A stretch of 64,000 nt of DNA from a bacterium (GCA_043756865.1 JAYUQG010000024.1:91259-155258), one strand, 5' to 3'; shown: positions 11,551 to 21,246, counted from the stretch's first letter. Made by a program: numbers and translations. The notes: generated from the letters alone by a model not told the origin.

Positions 11551-11623
11551 TGTTGCGGGGACAGGAATCGAACCTGTGCCTGAAGGTTATGAGCCTTCCG
11601 AGCTACCGCTGCTCCACCCCGCT
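11551..11623 (-). tRNA. tRNA-Met-like (anticodon CAT) with a mismatched 1-72 pair (possible initiator)
   Basis: The reverse complement reads AGCGGGGTGGAGCAGCGGTAGCTCGGAAGGCTCATAACCTTCAGGCACAGGTTCGATTCCTGTCCCCGCAA. Classic TTCGATT T-loop. Positions 1 and 72 form an A-A mismatch. Confidence 0.75.
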
Positions 11624-11748
11624 ATATTCAATAGTTCCTTGTCCGCATGACTAAGGAAGTGATGATTTCGGCATTATAAGCAATAGAGCCATTTTTCGCA
11701 AGGACTTGCGTAGTGGGCGCAAAACGATAAATCCGATATGATGGAACA

Positions 11749-12369
11749 ATGAATTTGTTCTCACATATTGTGCATTCTCCACTCATAAATATCTCCCTCG
11801 GTTTTATGCTTTCTATGGTATGGGTAATCTTTGCATTTTCACACGTACAGGCATGGCAATCGACGGGCGAATTCGCGCTCCTCGCATTCTGCCTTTCGGA
11901 GACTTTGCAGGCAATGTTTTTTTTGTTTCGTAAGGTTCCCGAAACAGTATCTGTCGACCCCTTTGACTGGCTTGTTGCAGGAGGGGGAACTTTTGCGCCA
12001 CTGCTTTTTCGTCCGGGGGGAGAGGTGCTGTTTGCCCATGGCGACAAAATATTGCTTATTGGCGTATTTTTGCAAATTGCCGCATTAATTTCTTTGAATA
12101 GGAGTTTTGCAATTGTTGCTGCCAAGCGCTCGGTGAAAACAAAAGGCATGTATAGGATTGTGCGCCATCCTATGTATGCGAGTTATATATTCCTTTTGTT
12201 TGGCTACATACTGTTCAACGCCTCAATCGTCAATGTTTTTTTGCTTATGATGGCGTTTCTGTTTATGTATCTGCGGATTGAACAAGAAGAAAAGCACTTA
12301 CTGCAGGATTCGCTCTATCTTGCCTTCACAAAAAAAACAAAGTGGCGACTGATTCCTTTCGTGTATTAG
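11749..12369 (+). CDS. Isoprenylcysteine carboxyl methyltransferase / phospholipid methyltransferase family membrane protein
   Basis: Multi-TM protein with C-terminal signature RIVRHPMYASYIFLLFGYIL..EEKHLL, the RHPxY..EE motif of the ICMT/PEMT family. Confidence 0.65.
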   Translation: MNLFSHIVHSPLINISLGFMLSMVWVIFAFSHVQAWQSTGEFALLAFCLSETLQAMFFLFRKVPETVSVDPFDWLVAGGGTFAPLLFRPGGEVLFAHGDKILLIGVFLQIAALISLNRSFAIVAAKRSVKTKGMYRIVRHPMYASYIFLLFGYILFNASIVNVFLLMMAFLFMYLRIEQEEKHLLQDSLYLAFTKKTKWRLIPFVY

Positions 12370-12438
12370 GAGAGAGGAATTGTAAAATAGTGTTGTATCA
12401 TGTATATTCTCGGTACTGTGAATTGATTCGCGTTTTAT

Positions 12439-12514
12439 GCCGTTTTAGCTCAGCTGGTAGAGCATTTCCATGGTAAGGAAAAGGTCCCCGGTTCGATTCC
12501 GGGAAACGGCTCCA
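12439..12514 (+). tRNA. tRNA-Thr (anticodon GGT)
   Basis: GCCGTTTTAGCTCAGCTGGTAGAGCATTTCCATGGTAAGGAAAAGGTCCCCGGTTCGATTCCGGGAAACGGCTCCA. Perfect acceptor stem. CCA is encoded. Confidence 0.85.
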
Positions 12515-12537
12515 TGCTAGTATCTCGCTACTAGTTT

Positions 12538-12610
12538 GCCGCCTTAGCTCATCTGGTAGAGCAACGGTATCGTAAATCGTAGGTGCCCAGTTCGAGTCTG
12601 GGAGGCGGCT
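12538..12610 (+). tRNA. tRNA-Thr (anticodon CGT)
   Basis: GCCGCCTTAGCTCATCTGGTAGAGCAACGGTATCGTAAATCGTAGGTGCCCAGTTCGAGTCTGGGAGGCGGCT. Anticodon loop ATCGTAA. Confidence 0.85.
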
Positions 12611-12613
12611 CAA

Positions 12614-13087
12614 ATGAATTCCTCGGCAAATAATCCGCGTGTGGGTATCGGGGTCATGATATTTCGTGACTTTCCTGCGTACGCAGGTGGAACTGTAGTC
12701 AAAAAAATATTACTAGGAAAACGAAAGAGTAAGCTTGGGCAGGGCGATTGGTCGTTTCCCGGCGGACACCTCGAAGCAGGGGAGTCCTTCGCTACGTGCG
12801 CAATTCGCGAAACTCAGGAAGAGACGGGAATAGAAATAACAAATATGCAATTTCAATTATTGGGAAATATTCCCAACACGTTTTCGGCGCATTATGTCCA
12901 GATTGCATTCACGGCGGATTGGAAGTCCGGTGAGCCTACAGTGATGGAACCGGAGAAGTGTGAACGCTGGGAGTGGAGTACGCTAAATGACTTACCTGAA
13001 CCACTGTTTGTACCAACGCGGATGATGATTGATGCATGGAAAGAGGGAATACATTTTTTAGATAGTAAGCAAAAAAGTAATATTTAG
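12614..13087 (+). CDS. NUDIX hydrolase
   Basis: Nudix box GGHLEAGESFATCAIRETQEETGIE. Confidence 0.85.
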   Translation: MNSSANNPRVGIGVMIFRDFPAYAGGTVVKKILLGKRKSKLGQGDWSFPGGHLEAGESFATCAIRETQEETGIEITNMQFQLLGNIPNTFSAHYVQIAFTADWKSGEPTVMEPEKCERWEWSTLNDLPEPLFVPTRMMIDAWKEGIHFLDSKQKSNI

Positions 13088-13093
13088 TATTTA

Positions 13094-13120
13094 AAAAGCC
13101 GCGCAATGCGCGGCTTGTGG
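13094..13120. terminator. Bidirectional rho-independent terminator between convergent genes
   Basis: aaaaagccgcgcaatgcgcggctt is a perfect GC-rich hairpin, A-rich on one side and T-rich on the other. Confidence 0.7.
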
Positions 13121-13612
13121 CTATGTTCTGAGAACTCGTGGAATATCCCCCGAGTAAATACGCCTGAGAATCAGGGGAATGAGCAATGCGTTACTGAGAA
13201 GAAAAAGCACAGTGCCCAACCATCGGCAGAGATCGCCGATACTCACGATGTTTACGCCCCCCTCGAAGGGGTAGTCAAGCCATTTGCCCCACCACCGAAT
13301 TGCGGAACCGATGGCTCCACGCGGAATCTCGTCTTCCCAATTCGGAAAGTCGATACGCACTCGGTCTGCAAGTATGAGCAGTTTGCCATCATCTACGAAC
13401 TGGCGAGGTGTTCCTGCGTTGGTCGTGATAATTCCGGGTATATCGACAATGACCGGCATGACCCCGTCATTTACTTCCACCACTATGCCGTTCATCACAA
13501 CTCCCCATGCATTGAGCGCAAGCCCAATGACGACAAGGAGAGTGAGCGCGGTATCAACGAAACCCCATTTGGTTCGCTCGCGACGAAGATTCAGTTCTTG
13601 AGAGAGTTCCAT
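13121..13612 (-). CDS. Hypothetical membrane protein
   Basis: 163-aa protein-like sequence with a TM helix. Convergent with the NUDIX gene across a shared terminator. The overlapping + strand frame at 13106-13741 is Cys/His/Arg-rich junk. Confidence 0.5.
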   Translation of the reverse strand: MELSQELNLRRERTKWGFVDTALTLLVVIGLALNAWGVVMNGIVVEVNDGVMPVIVDIPGIITTNAGTPRQFVDDGKLLILADRVRIDFPNWEDEIPRGAIGSAIRWWGKWLDYPFEGGVNIVSIGDLCRWLGTVLFLLSNALLIPLILRRIYSGDIPRVLRT

Positions 13613-13741
13613 GTGTACTCCTTAGAATGGAAAGATGTGTCAGCCAAGTATAATAATAGTACAAAAAAACTGAATTGTCAAACACGCAAGTCAGTAACAA
13701 GGAGGACATGCAGTGTTCGTCTAGGTATTTGCTATACTCGC

Positions 13742-14227
13742 ATGATGAATACGTACACCGTGCGCACCGCAACAAAAAAAGATATAGACGCGCTTATTCC
13801 ACTGCAAAAAGAGATGGCAAAATATCACCACGCGCTCGATTCCATCTGGAATAAGGGAGCAAAGGATGATTCTGTTTGGCGTGAAATGCTTCTTGGGTTT
13901 TTTAAAAGAGGAAAAAATTTTTCCTTTCTCGTGCTTGAGTGTAATGGAAAAATAGTTGGTTATGCGAACGCAGAAATAAAGGTCGCGAGTCCCGCATATG
14001 CAGTCAAGTTGCTCGGGCATATAGGTAGTGTGTATGTGCAAAAACCCTATCGTCGCTCAGGTCTTGCAAGTATGGCAGTTGACCACTCCATGGACTGGTT
14101 TAAGAAAAATAAGGTGACATGGGTTACGCTTCAGGTTGATACAGACAATCCTTTGGGCACTAAAACGTGGAAGAAACTTGGATTTGAGGAGTGGCGCTTG
14201 GTGTTACGCAAGAAGCTACGTACATAG
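13742..14227 (+). CDS. GNAT family N-acetyltransferase
   Basis: The internal ATG of long ORF 13106..14227 gives a 161-aa protein with a GNAT-like acetyl-CoA binding core (VQKPYRRSGLASMAV). Confidence 0.65.
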   Translation: MMNTYTVRTATKKDIDALIPLQKEMAKYHHALDSIWNKGAKDDSVWREMLLGFFKRGKNFSFLVLECNGKIVGYANAEIKVASPAYAVKLLGHIGSVYVQKPYRRSGLASMAVDHSMDWFKKNKVTWVTLQVDTDNPLGTKTWKKLGFEEWRLVLRKKLRT

Positions 14228-14269
14228 CCTGTTGGTTGCATCGCGCGCAGTTCTCGCTATGATACCTCT

Positions 14270-14962
14270 ATGTCCAAGCATAAGGAGTTTTGGAATAAAG
14301 AATACAAGACTGCAGAGCACCTGCAGCTTTCAGACGAGCCCGCAGAGGACTTGGAGAAGTTTTGTCGTTGGCTGGAGCGCAATCATGGCAAAAAATATTT
14401 GAACGTGACAACGCGCGTGCTGGACCTCGGCAGCGGCAATGGCCGTAACCTGATTTATCTTGCACAGAACTATGGCATGCGTGCGGTGGGATATGACATT
14501 TCCGAGGAGGGAGTGAAGCTTGCAACTAAGGCATCTCAAGGTATGCCAATCAAATATGTTACTCGTTCGATTGCGGGAGAGTTTGAGGAAAAAGATTCCT
14601 CGTTCGATGTGGTGATGGATATGATGACCTCACATTTTCTTCGCGAACAAGAACGCGAAATGCTGCTTCGCGAGACACTTCGCGTACTTAAGCCAGGGGG
14701 ATGGCTTTTTTATAAATCTTTCCTCGCCGACCAAGACTTGAATGTTAAACGACTCCTAAATAAACATAGTGCAGATGAAAAAGATTCATACATCCACCCG
14801 ACGCTCGGCGTGTACGAGCATGTTTGGACAGAAGAAACATTGCACGAGTTTTTTGCTCCTCATTTCGTTATTGAAAAGGTTGAGAAGTCGTTTAAGCATA
14901 TTCGTGACGGAAAGGCATTTAAGCGCAGAACCGTTGTCGCATATCTCAGAAAGCCTTTTTAG
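14270..14962 (+). CDS. Class I SAM-dependent methyltransferase
   Basis: Motif I VLDLGSGNGRNLIYLA and motif II-like DVVMD. Confidence 0.8.
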   Translation: MSKHKEFWNKEYKTAEHLQLSDEPAEDLEKFCRWLERNHGKKYLNVTTRVLDLGSGNGRNLIYLAQNYGMRAVGYDISEEGVKLATKASQGMPIKYVTRSIAGEFEEKDSSFDVVMDMMTSHFLREQEREMLLRETLRVLKPGGWLFYKSFLADQDLNVKRLLNKHSADEKDSYIHPTLGVYEHVWTEETLHEFFAPHFVIEKVEKSFKHIRDGKAFKRRTVVAYLRKPF

Positions 14963-15047
14963 GGTAAATAGGATATGTGAGTACTATCGCGCCACGACTT
15001 ATAAAAAAGCGCCAGCACAATTTGCTGGCGAGTGTTGCTTCATTCTC

Positions 15048-15359
15048 TCACGAGACGCAAACGGGCGTCGCGGTGTGTTTTGCGTGGTACTCACTTGGGG
15101 GAAGTCCACCGATTTGCGCAAATGGCGTTTCGCCTGCGACGTATCCCCAAGAGCAGACGCCGCATGTGCATGAGCCACCTTTGTCAAAGTGGGCTGGGAG
15201 AGTGTCCTTGCATTGCGGGCAATGCGCTGTGATGACCTTCGAGGTGACCATGGCGTCCTTCCATTGATTGTTGCAACCCAAAATATACACTAAGTTATAC
15301 ATATTGTCAATGTTTTTGTTGGAGGGGTACATATTTACAAAGCTTAAATTATCTTGCAA
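15048..15359 (-). CDS. Small Cys-rich (zinc-ribbon-like) hypothetical protein
   Basis: 103 aa with HCPQCKD..CTCGVC. A hairpin plus T-run terminator lies on the minus strand just downstream (15003-15030). Confidence 0.4.
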   Translation of the reverse strand: MQDNLSFVNMYPSNKNIDNMYNLVYILGCNNQWKDAMVTSKVITAHCPQCKDTLPAHFDKGGSCTCGVCSWGYVAGETPFAQIGGLPPSEYHAKHTATPVCVS

Positions 15360-15432
15360 AAAGATGTGGTTGGAATAGCATTAGCCCAGAGCTGTTATTT
15401 CACATAGTTCAACTTTATAAAGGGGATCAGAT

Positions 15433-18027
15433 ATGGGCTGGTTCAAAAATGGGGCGGGTGACGAAGCTGAGCGCAGAAAAAGTGAACGGCGCGCAGCAGC
15501 GTTAGCACAGAACGCAAAGCGCTCCCGTGTCTGGCGTTTCTTTGCTGTCGGACTCCCTGCACTGGCTTGGACACTCTTGTGGCTTGTTGGCCTTCCGCTC
15601 GCATGCTTCGGCATGATTGGATTGTGGTACTTCGCCGACAGTCTGCTCGACACCAATACGCTTGAAAGCGTTGCGATCGTCTTCTCCACCGTTGTGTCCG
15701 AATTCATCTATGCAGTGGATATGCGCACGGGTTGGTTCTCGTATGAGATGCCAAAGGTATTCACGCTCGGAGTCAAAGAGTACATACTCACCATTCCGTT
15801 TGTTTTTTACCTGAAAGTTGCGAGTGCGGCACTCGTTGCGCTTACTGCGTTCTTTGTGGCGATTCGCTACAAAAAGGCGCGCTGGGCAGCATCGCTTATT
15901 GCGCTCATCCTGTTCACCGGAATTTCCGTCGGGTACTACACCGTTTTGGATCCCGTGGCCGCACCTCCTGCCTACGGAACACAGCTGCGCGACTTTCGCA
16001 TGCGTGAAGCTACTCATGTCACCGACGCGACAGGCACAAACGAGATTGGCTGTTTTGCGCATGAAAATCGCAACATCGTCGACCTTGCGCAGGTGAGTCC
16101 GCATCTCCTTCAAGCCATTCTTGCGTCCGAAGACCACAAGTTTTACGACCATGCGGGAGTGAACCTGTACGCGATTGTGCGTGCGGCGTTTGCAAACGCC
16201 ATGAAAGCAAAGATTGCTTCAGGCGCTTCGACGATTCCGATGCAACTGACGAAAAACGTGTTTTTGACTCCGGAAAAGTCGCTTATCCGCAAGGCGCGGG
16301 AGGCGGTCATCGCCATACATCTGGAGCATTCGGTTTCAAAAGACGAACTCCTGTATTTGTACATCAACCTTGTGTACTTCGGTGGCGCATATGGCGTCGA
16401 GGCGGCGAGTCAATCGTACTTCGGCAAGTCGGCAAAAAATGTGACCATTGCGGAAGCGGCATTTCTCGCAGCGCTCATCAACCAACCTGAAGCATATCGC
16501 CGTGGCGGCACTGCTGGGCGAAAAGCAATCATGGTGCGCCAAGTGCGCGTTGTGGACTTGATGGTCAAACGCGGAATGATTTCGGCAAGAGATGGCGACC
16601 TCGCAAAACAGCAAACGCTCGCGCCGCAAGAGTACAAGGGTACCTGCACACGTACTGAGGCGTACATTAACGCTGCGGTGAATCGTGAATTCGGCATTGA
16701 CCGCAAGATACCGATTGCAAGCGCCGGACTCAATATTCAAACGACTATTGACCTCGCGAAGCAGTCGGTGCTCGACAAGGCATGCAGAAAGGCCATTGAA
16801 GACTATCTGAAGCGTCGTCCGGAAAATGCGGAAACGATACGCTGCTCGTCGCTTGCGATAAAGACGCAGACGGGTGAAGTTGTCGCCATGGTGAGCGGTC
16901 AGAACTTTAAGATCGATCAGTATGACCACGTGGAGATGTCTGAACGCCAAGCGGGTTCGGTGTTCAAGCCCTTCGTGTATGCGGCACTCTTGGAAAAAAT
17001 CGAACTCGACGAGCTGGCGCTTCGCGAAGAACGCTGCTCCTCCATCACGGAAGACGAATGCACCGCACTCATGTCCATTCCAATTGACCTGAACTCGCTC
17101 TGCAAGGTCCTCGACGCTCCTGTTTGGGTGCCTCAAGTCGTGGGGTGGAAAGGTCGCATCGTCTCACGGCATGTGATCAACAACTACCCCTATGAGGCGC
17201 GCCCACAGCATCGTGGATGGATTTCCTGCACGCTTGCGCTCGGAGAAAGTCGCAATACTGCAACCATCTGGGGTGAAGGTCAGCTGGCTCCCGCAAGTTG
17301 GGGAGAACTGGAGCGCTGGGTTTACGGGGCGAAGACTGTGGTTAGCATGGCGCACCGCTTGGGTGTGAAGAGTCCGCTCGAACACAAGAGCGTAACCGGC
17401 AAGACCGCAGAAGAGCGTGCACAATCGCTCCCCAACTACACCATCGGCATCGGTTCCGCTGAGGTGACATTGTGGGAAATGGCAGAAGCATTCTTGCCGC
17501 TTATGAATGGAGGATGCAAACAAAGCATCTCATTCATCAAGAAAGCGACGAACGCTGAAGGCAAGGTCATCTACGAACACCTGCTCGCACCTTCGTGCAA
17601 GCGCGTGCTCTCACCGCGAGTGGCGGCCGCAATGCGCGACTTGATGACCGCATCGATTGATGTGCGCGGACAGCGTGGCTCGAATGCTCCCGGGGACGTA
17701 CTCCTCGGCACGGCTGCAAGCTTGCGCAAGTCTTTCCCGGAGGGCGTGCTCTACGGGAAGACAGGTACCGCTACGGGCCCAGATGGAACCTCATCGACCG
17801 AGAACTGGTTCATCGGTGCGAGCGCCGATTACCTTGTGGCGACAAGGCTGAATAACGTCAACAAGACGCCCCTCGGCAAGAAAGAGACCGGCGGCAGGAA
17901 CGCGCTTCCTGTATTTGATATCTTCAACAGGGAATTGAAACTCTTCGACCCGCTCGCCGTTTCTCCTCCCATCGACACCAGTGCGTCGTGGGCCCCTCCG
18001 GCACCACGGCCGATGGCAACCCGTTGA
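15433..18027 (+). CDS. Bifunctional penicillin-binding protein 1A (GT51 transglycosylase plus transpeptidase)
   Basis: GT51 motifs (EDHKFYDHAGVN, RKAREAV..), transpeptidase SxxK region and C-terminal KTGT. 864 aa. Confidence 0.9.
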   Translation: MGWFKNGAGDEAERRKSERRAAALAQNAKRSRVWRFFAVGLPALAWTLLWLVGLPLACFGMIGLWYFADSLLDTNTLESVAIVFSTVVSEFIYAVDMRTGWFSYEMPKVFTLGVKEYILTIPFVFYLKVASAALVALTAFFVAIRYKKARWAASLIALILFTGISVGYYTVLDPVAAPPAYGTQLRDFRMREATHVTDATGTNEIGCFAHENRNIVDLAQVSPHLLQAILASEDHKFYDHAGVNLYAIVRAAFANAMKAKIASGASTIPMQLTKNVFLTPEKSLIRKAREAVIAIHLEHSVSKDELLYLYINLVYFGGAYGVEAASQSYFGKSAKNVTIAEAAFLAALINQPEAYRRGGTAGRKAIMVRQVRVVDLMVKRGMISARDGDLAKQQTLAPQEYKGTCTRTEAYINAAVNREFGIDRKIPIASAGLNIQTTIDLAKQSVLDKACRKAIEDYLKRRPENAETIRCSSLAIKTQTGEVVAMVSGQNFKIDQYDHVEMSERQAGSVFKPFVYAALLEKIELDELALREERCSSITEDECTALMSIPIDLNSLCKVLDAPVWVPQVVGWKGRIVSRHVINNYPYEARPQHRGWISCTLALGESRNTATIWGEGQLAPASWGELERWVYGAKTVVSMAHRLGVKSPLEHKSVTGKTAEERAQSLPNYTIGIGSAEVTLWEMAEAFLPLMNGGCKQSISFIKKATNAEGKVIYEHLLAPSCKRVLSPRVAAAMRDLMTASIDVRGQRGSNAPGDVLLGTAASLRKSFPEGVLYGKTGTATGPDGTSSTENWFIGASADYLVATRLNNVNKTPLGKKETGGRNALPVFDIFNRELKLFDPLAVSPPIDTSASWAPPAPRPMATR

Positions 18028-18083
18028 GCGGTATGTGAAATAGTTCTTAGCATCCCCCGCGCCTTGGCGCGGGGGCTTTCTTT
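18028..18083 (+). terminator. Rho-independent terminator after the PBP1A gene
   Basis: cccccgcgccttggcgcgggggctttcttttt. Confidence 0.7.
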
Positions 18084-18140
18084 TTGCCAAATTCACGTTA
18101 TGGTGAGATGAGACAGCTGTTTAACTTTTTGGAGAATAAC

Positions 18141-19466
18141 ATGAAAGCACTCCTCGCAGTGTTTTTGAGCGCTACTACAGTTGCGTGTCTCGCAGCGCCA
18201 CCTTTGCCGACCGTTGCTCCTGAGTTGCGCGGTGAATACATTTTGACTAAAGTCGCCGAGGCAGAAGAGCGTTGTCGCGATGAGCCGCTCACGCTTCCGC
18301 AGTCACCTGATCCGAAGGGCGCAAACAATACCTGGTTCATTGAACGCCCCGTGCTTTTGTGCGCCTACAGTGAAGTCAATCGCACTTGGCACCCCGTTGT
18401 GGTCACGATTCCGTCTCCCGTTCCTCGCGAATATTTTGCGTGTATCGGTGCAGCGCAGACTGTGCAAGACCGCAAATCATGTGTCATGCCCTATCGTATA
18501 ATTAGCGATGGGTATAGGCTCGCACACCTTGGCGGCACTGGAGCAACCCGACTTTCATTCAATGTTTGGCATCAAGCAACGGGGGAGCGTCTCACGGTCT
18601 ACCGTACGCGACATCTCTGGCTTGACGATGATGCACTCAAGAGTAGAGACATTACTCGAGTCATCGCCACGATGCGGACGATTAGCTACACACCGTATCA
18701 CGCCGATCTTTATGATCCTGCGTTGGTGGTCGAGGGGAAAGAGTTTCTCTATCGCGCCGTGGAGCGGTCGCTTGCGGAGATGACACACGTGCCATCAAAC
18801 GCATTTCCTGATCGGACCCTCTCGAAATCAGTCCCATGGGAAATTCCCATGGCACTCGCGATCATTGAGCAGATGGATGACAAGGCATTTGAGGAGTTGC
18901 CCACCGTAACGACAGAGGCAGTGTTTGTGGAATACGCGCTCAACCGCGAGCGCACGTTTATGTGGACGCAATCATCCGCAATGGCAATTGGTCCAATGCA
19001 GTTCACCAACGGTAATGGCAACGGCACCTATTCATCCGTGGTCGCGCGATGCCCAGAGGCCAAGCTCAATCCGAACTTTGATGTTGGCGCACGCGAACTG
19101 ACGAACTCAATTAAGGCAGCGATTTGCCTGATTGATCTTGAGGTTGCGCAGTTCCCACGTATCGCTAAGCTGTTCGAGCGCAGCCCGATCCTGGCAGGTA
19201 TCTATCCTGTCGCTGCCTATAACGGCTCGCCCGCCTCTGCGCGCGCACTCTATGACTGGGTTTTGCGTCGAGGTATCGACATCGAGGCTGACGCCGTGGC
19301 TGTGCCGGATGCACTGCATATGAAACGCCACGAATCATGCCCCTGTCGTCTTGCGAACGGAAAGCTCCGCAAAAAGGGAACTCGGCTTGTGATAAAGCAA
19401 AACACCGAAACACCGGGGTACATCAAGAAATACATTTTTGTCATCAATTACCTTTCAAAGGAATAA
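18141..19466 (+). CDS. Secreted hypothetical protein (weak lytic-transglycosylase-like E..GxMQ motif)
   Basis: RBS ggaga upstream of the ATG at 18141. Signal peptide MKALLAVFLSATTVACLAAPP. Segment NRERTFMWTQSSAMAIGPMQF resembles the SLT E-S..GLMQ motif only weakly. Confidence 0.5.
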   Translation: MKALLAVFLSATTVACLAAPPLPTVAPELRGEYILTKVAEAEERCRDEPLTLPQSPDPKGANNTWFIERPVLLCAYSEVNRTWHPVVVTIPSPVPREYFACIGAAQTVQDRKSCVMPYRIISDGYRLAHLGGTGATRLSFNVWHQATGERLTVYRTRHLWLDDDALKSRDITRVIATMRTISYTPYHADLYDPALVVEGKEFLYRAVERSLAEMTHVPSNAFPDRTLSKSVPWEIPMALAIIEQMDDKAFEELPTVTTEAVFVEYALNRERTFMWTQSSAMAIGPMQFTNGNGNGTYSSVVARCPEAKLNPNFDVGARELTNSIKAAICLIDLEVAQFPRIAKLFERSPILAGIYPVAAYNGSPASARALYDWVLRRGIDIEADAVAVPDALHMKRHESCPCRLANGKLRKKGTRLVIKQNTETPGYIKKYIFVINYLSKE

Positions 19467-19494
19467 ATAAACACCCGCCATGGCGGGTGTTTTC
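19467..19494. terminator. Bidirectional terminator
   Basis: aacacccgccatggcgggtgtttt. Confidence 0.7.
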
Positions 19495-20169
19495 TTATGC
19501 AAACAAATGCGGCTTGTCCGTGAAGATGCGCTCGGCTCCCCAGTCATAGACGCGCTTAGCCGTCTTCAGGTCATTTACTGTCCATACCCACACATGAAAG
19601 CTTAGTGCTTTGGCGCGAGCCATGAACTCACCTCCGTTTTGCATGTCCATGTCTGCGTTCATATATTCCATGTGCAGATTATCTATCTGCGCTTCGTGGA
19701 GGATATCGAGGTAGCGCACATCGGGGATAGCGTCCATGATGACGCCGACCGTGAGGCGGGGGGAGCGTTTTTTGATGAGCAACGCAGTGGGGTGGTGAAA
19801 TGTGGAAATGACAAATTGCTCTGCCCGCCATCCAGCATGGGTGATGTACCAATGCATAATCTCCAGCACTCTTTGCCATATGGCTGGGTCTTTGATTTCG
19901 ATATTTACACGACAGGAATCATTGATCACATCGAGCGCATCCACGATAGTTGGAACATTGCCTCCAGAATAAGGGTCATGCGCAATGACAGGAAAATTTT
20001 TATCCCCAAGTGGGTTTATTCTTGCATCGAATTCGATCATTACTGCACCTCTATCAATCGAGGCACGAAACGCCGCAAGTGAGTTTTCGGCAATGAGGAC
20101 AATATGCCCTCCGCAGTTGACATATCCGTGCCGGCCTCGATGGTCGATGAGATCTTTCTGGGTGAACAT
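19495..20169 (-). CDS. Glycerophosphodiester phosphodiesterase (GDPD family)
   Basis: HRGRHG..ENSLAAF..GAVMIEFDARI GDPD motifs. Confidence 0.8.
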   Translation of the reverse strand: MFTQKDLIDHRGRHGYVNCGGHIVLIAENSLAAFRASIDRGAVMIEFDARINPLGDKNFPVIAHDPYSGGNVPTIVDALDVINDSCRVNIEIKDPAIWQRVLEIMHWYITHAGWRAEQFVISTFHHPTALLIKKRSPRLTVGVIMDAIPDVRYLDILHEAQIDNLHMEYMNADMDMQNGGEFMARAKALSFHVWVWTVNDLKTAKRVYDWGAERIFTDKPHLFA

Positions 20170-20260
20170 GCAACACTCCAAGGAACACTGTCCTCATTCA
20201 ACCAAGTTTACAAAAGGAGTCAACCCGAGATAAAGGTTGCTATTTGCTATACTGGATTTC

Positions 20261-21145
20261 ATGAGTGACCAACCACACCCACATCAAACCCGTATTGCCG
20301 AAATTGAAAACGTAATGCTTACGGGAGATTTCTGGAGTGATAAAGAAAAGGCGCATGCGCTCATTAAGGAGCTTCAGGATTTAAAGACTGAAGTCGAAGG
20401 GGGAGGAAAATATGACAAGGCAAATGCGATTATCACCATCTTCTCTGGCGCCGGTGGCGACGACTCCGAAGATTTCTCCGCAATGTTGGTGCGCATGTAT
20501 TTCAAATACTGCGAACGCAAAGGTTGGGGATACGATGTACTGCACGCCCACGACAATGACCATGGGGGATATCGCAATATCACATTTGAGGTAGTGGGCA
20601 AAGCATCATACGGTGAACTCAAGAATGAATCCGGTGTGCATCGACTGGTGCGCATCTCGCCGTTTAATTCAAATGCAAAACGACACACCTCCTTCTCAAT
20701 GGTCGAGGTCATACCGAAATTCAAAAAAGGTGAAATTGAAGCACTTCCAGAAGCAGAAGTGCGTTTCGAGTACTCGCGCTCTGGTGGCGCAGGTGGGCAG
20801 AACGTAAACAAGCGCGAGACCGCAGTGCGTGCCGTGCATGAGCCAACAGGACTTGCCGTACATGTGTCTGCCGAGCGCTCGCAGCTCCAAAACAAAGAGC
20901 GCGCACTCGAGATTCTCGCTGCGAAGGTTTTTCATTTGCGCGAATCACTCACTCAGGCGGAAAAAGAAAAGATGTATGTATCCAAAACCACAAAGGTGGA
21001 ATGGGGCAATCAGATACGCTCATATGTCCTTCATCCCTACAAGATGGTAAAGGATCATCGCACCGATGTAGAGACATCGAAGGTTGATGACGTACTTCTG
21101 CACGGGGAGCTCGATGAGTTTATTGAGGCCGAGCGAGGGTTGTAG
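20261..21145 (+). CDS. prfB: Peptide chain release factor 2
   Basis: SPF motif (VRISPFNSNAKRHTSF), GGQ motif (SGGAGGQNVNKRETAV) and FSGAGG region. Short N-terminus. No CTTTGAC frameshift site seen. Confidence 0.85.
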   Translation: MSDQPHPHQTRIAEIENVMLTGDFWSDKEKAHALIKELQDLKTEVEGGGKYDKANAIITIFSGAGGDDSEDFSAMLVRMYFKYCERKGWGYDVLHAHDNDHGGYRNITFEVVGKASYGELKNESGVHRLVRISPFNSNAKRHTSFSMVEVIPKFKKGEIEALPEAEVRFEYSRSGGAGGQNVNKRETAVRAVHEPTGLAVHVSAERSQLQNKERALEILAAKVFHLRESLTQAEKEKMYVSKTTKVEWGNQIRSYVLHPYKMVKDHRTDVETSKVDDVLLHGELDEFIEAERGL

Positions 21146-21246
21146 TTCGGCACCCACTCAGTTTCCTAAGAGTTTCTTGACCCACCAGAGGACTTCCCGT
21201 AGCTTTATATATAGACGCATATTGTTCGTTTACTGGGGGTATCACC

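Noticed and set aside
13121-13612. Possible signal peptidase I / S24-like peptidase assignment for the 163-aa membrane protein
   Set aside because: Only a vague D-G-x-M-P resemblance to the S26 box B. No catalytic Ser/Lys context is present.
13106-14227. 373-aa ORF fusing an N-terminal Cys/His/Arg-rich region with the GNAT domain
   Set aside because: The N-terminal 210 aa look non-protein-like and lie antisense to a better minus-strand ORF (13121..13612) that ends at a convergent terminator. The GNAT gene is taken from the internal ATG at 13742.
15502-17136. Long antisense ORFs inside the PBP1A gene (15502..16152 -, 16336..17136 -)
   Set aside because: They lie opposite a strongly supported 864-aa GT51/transpeptidase gene. 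They are GC-driven open frames.
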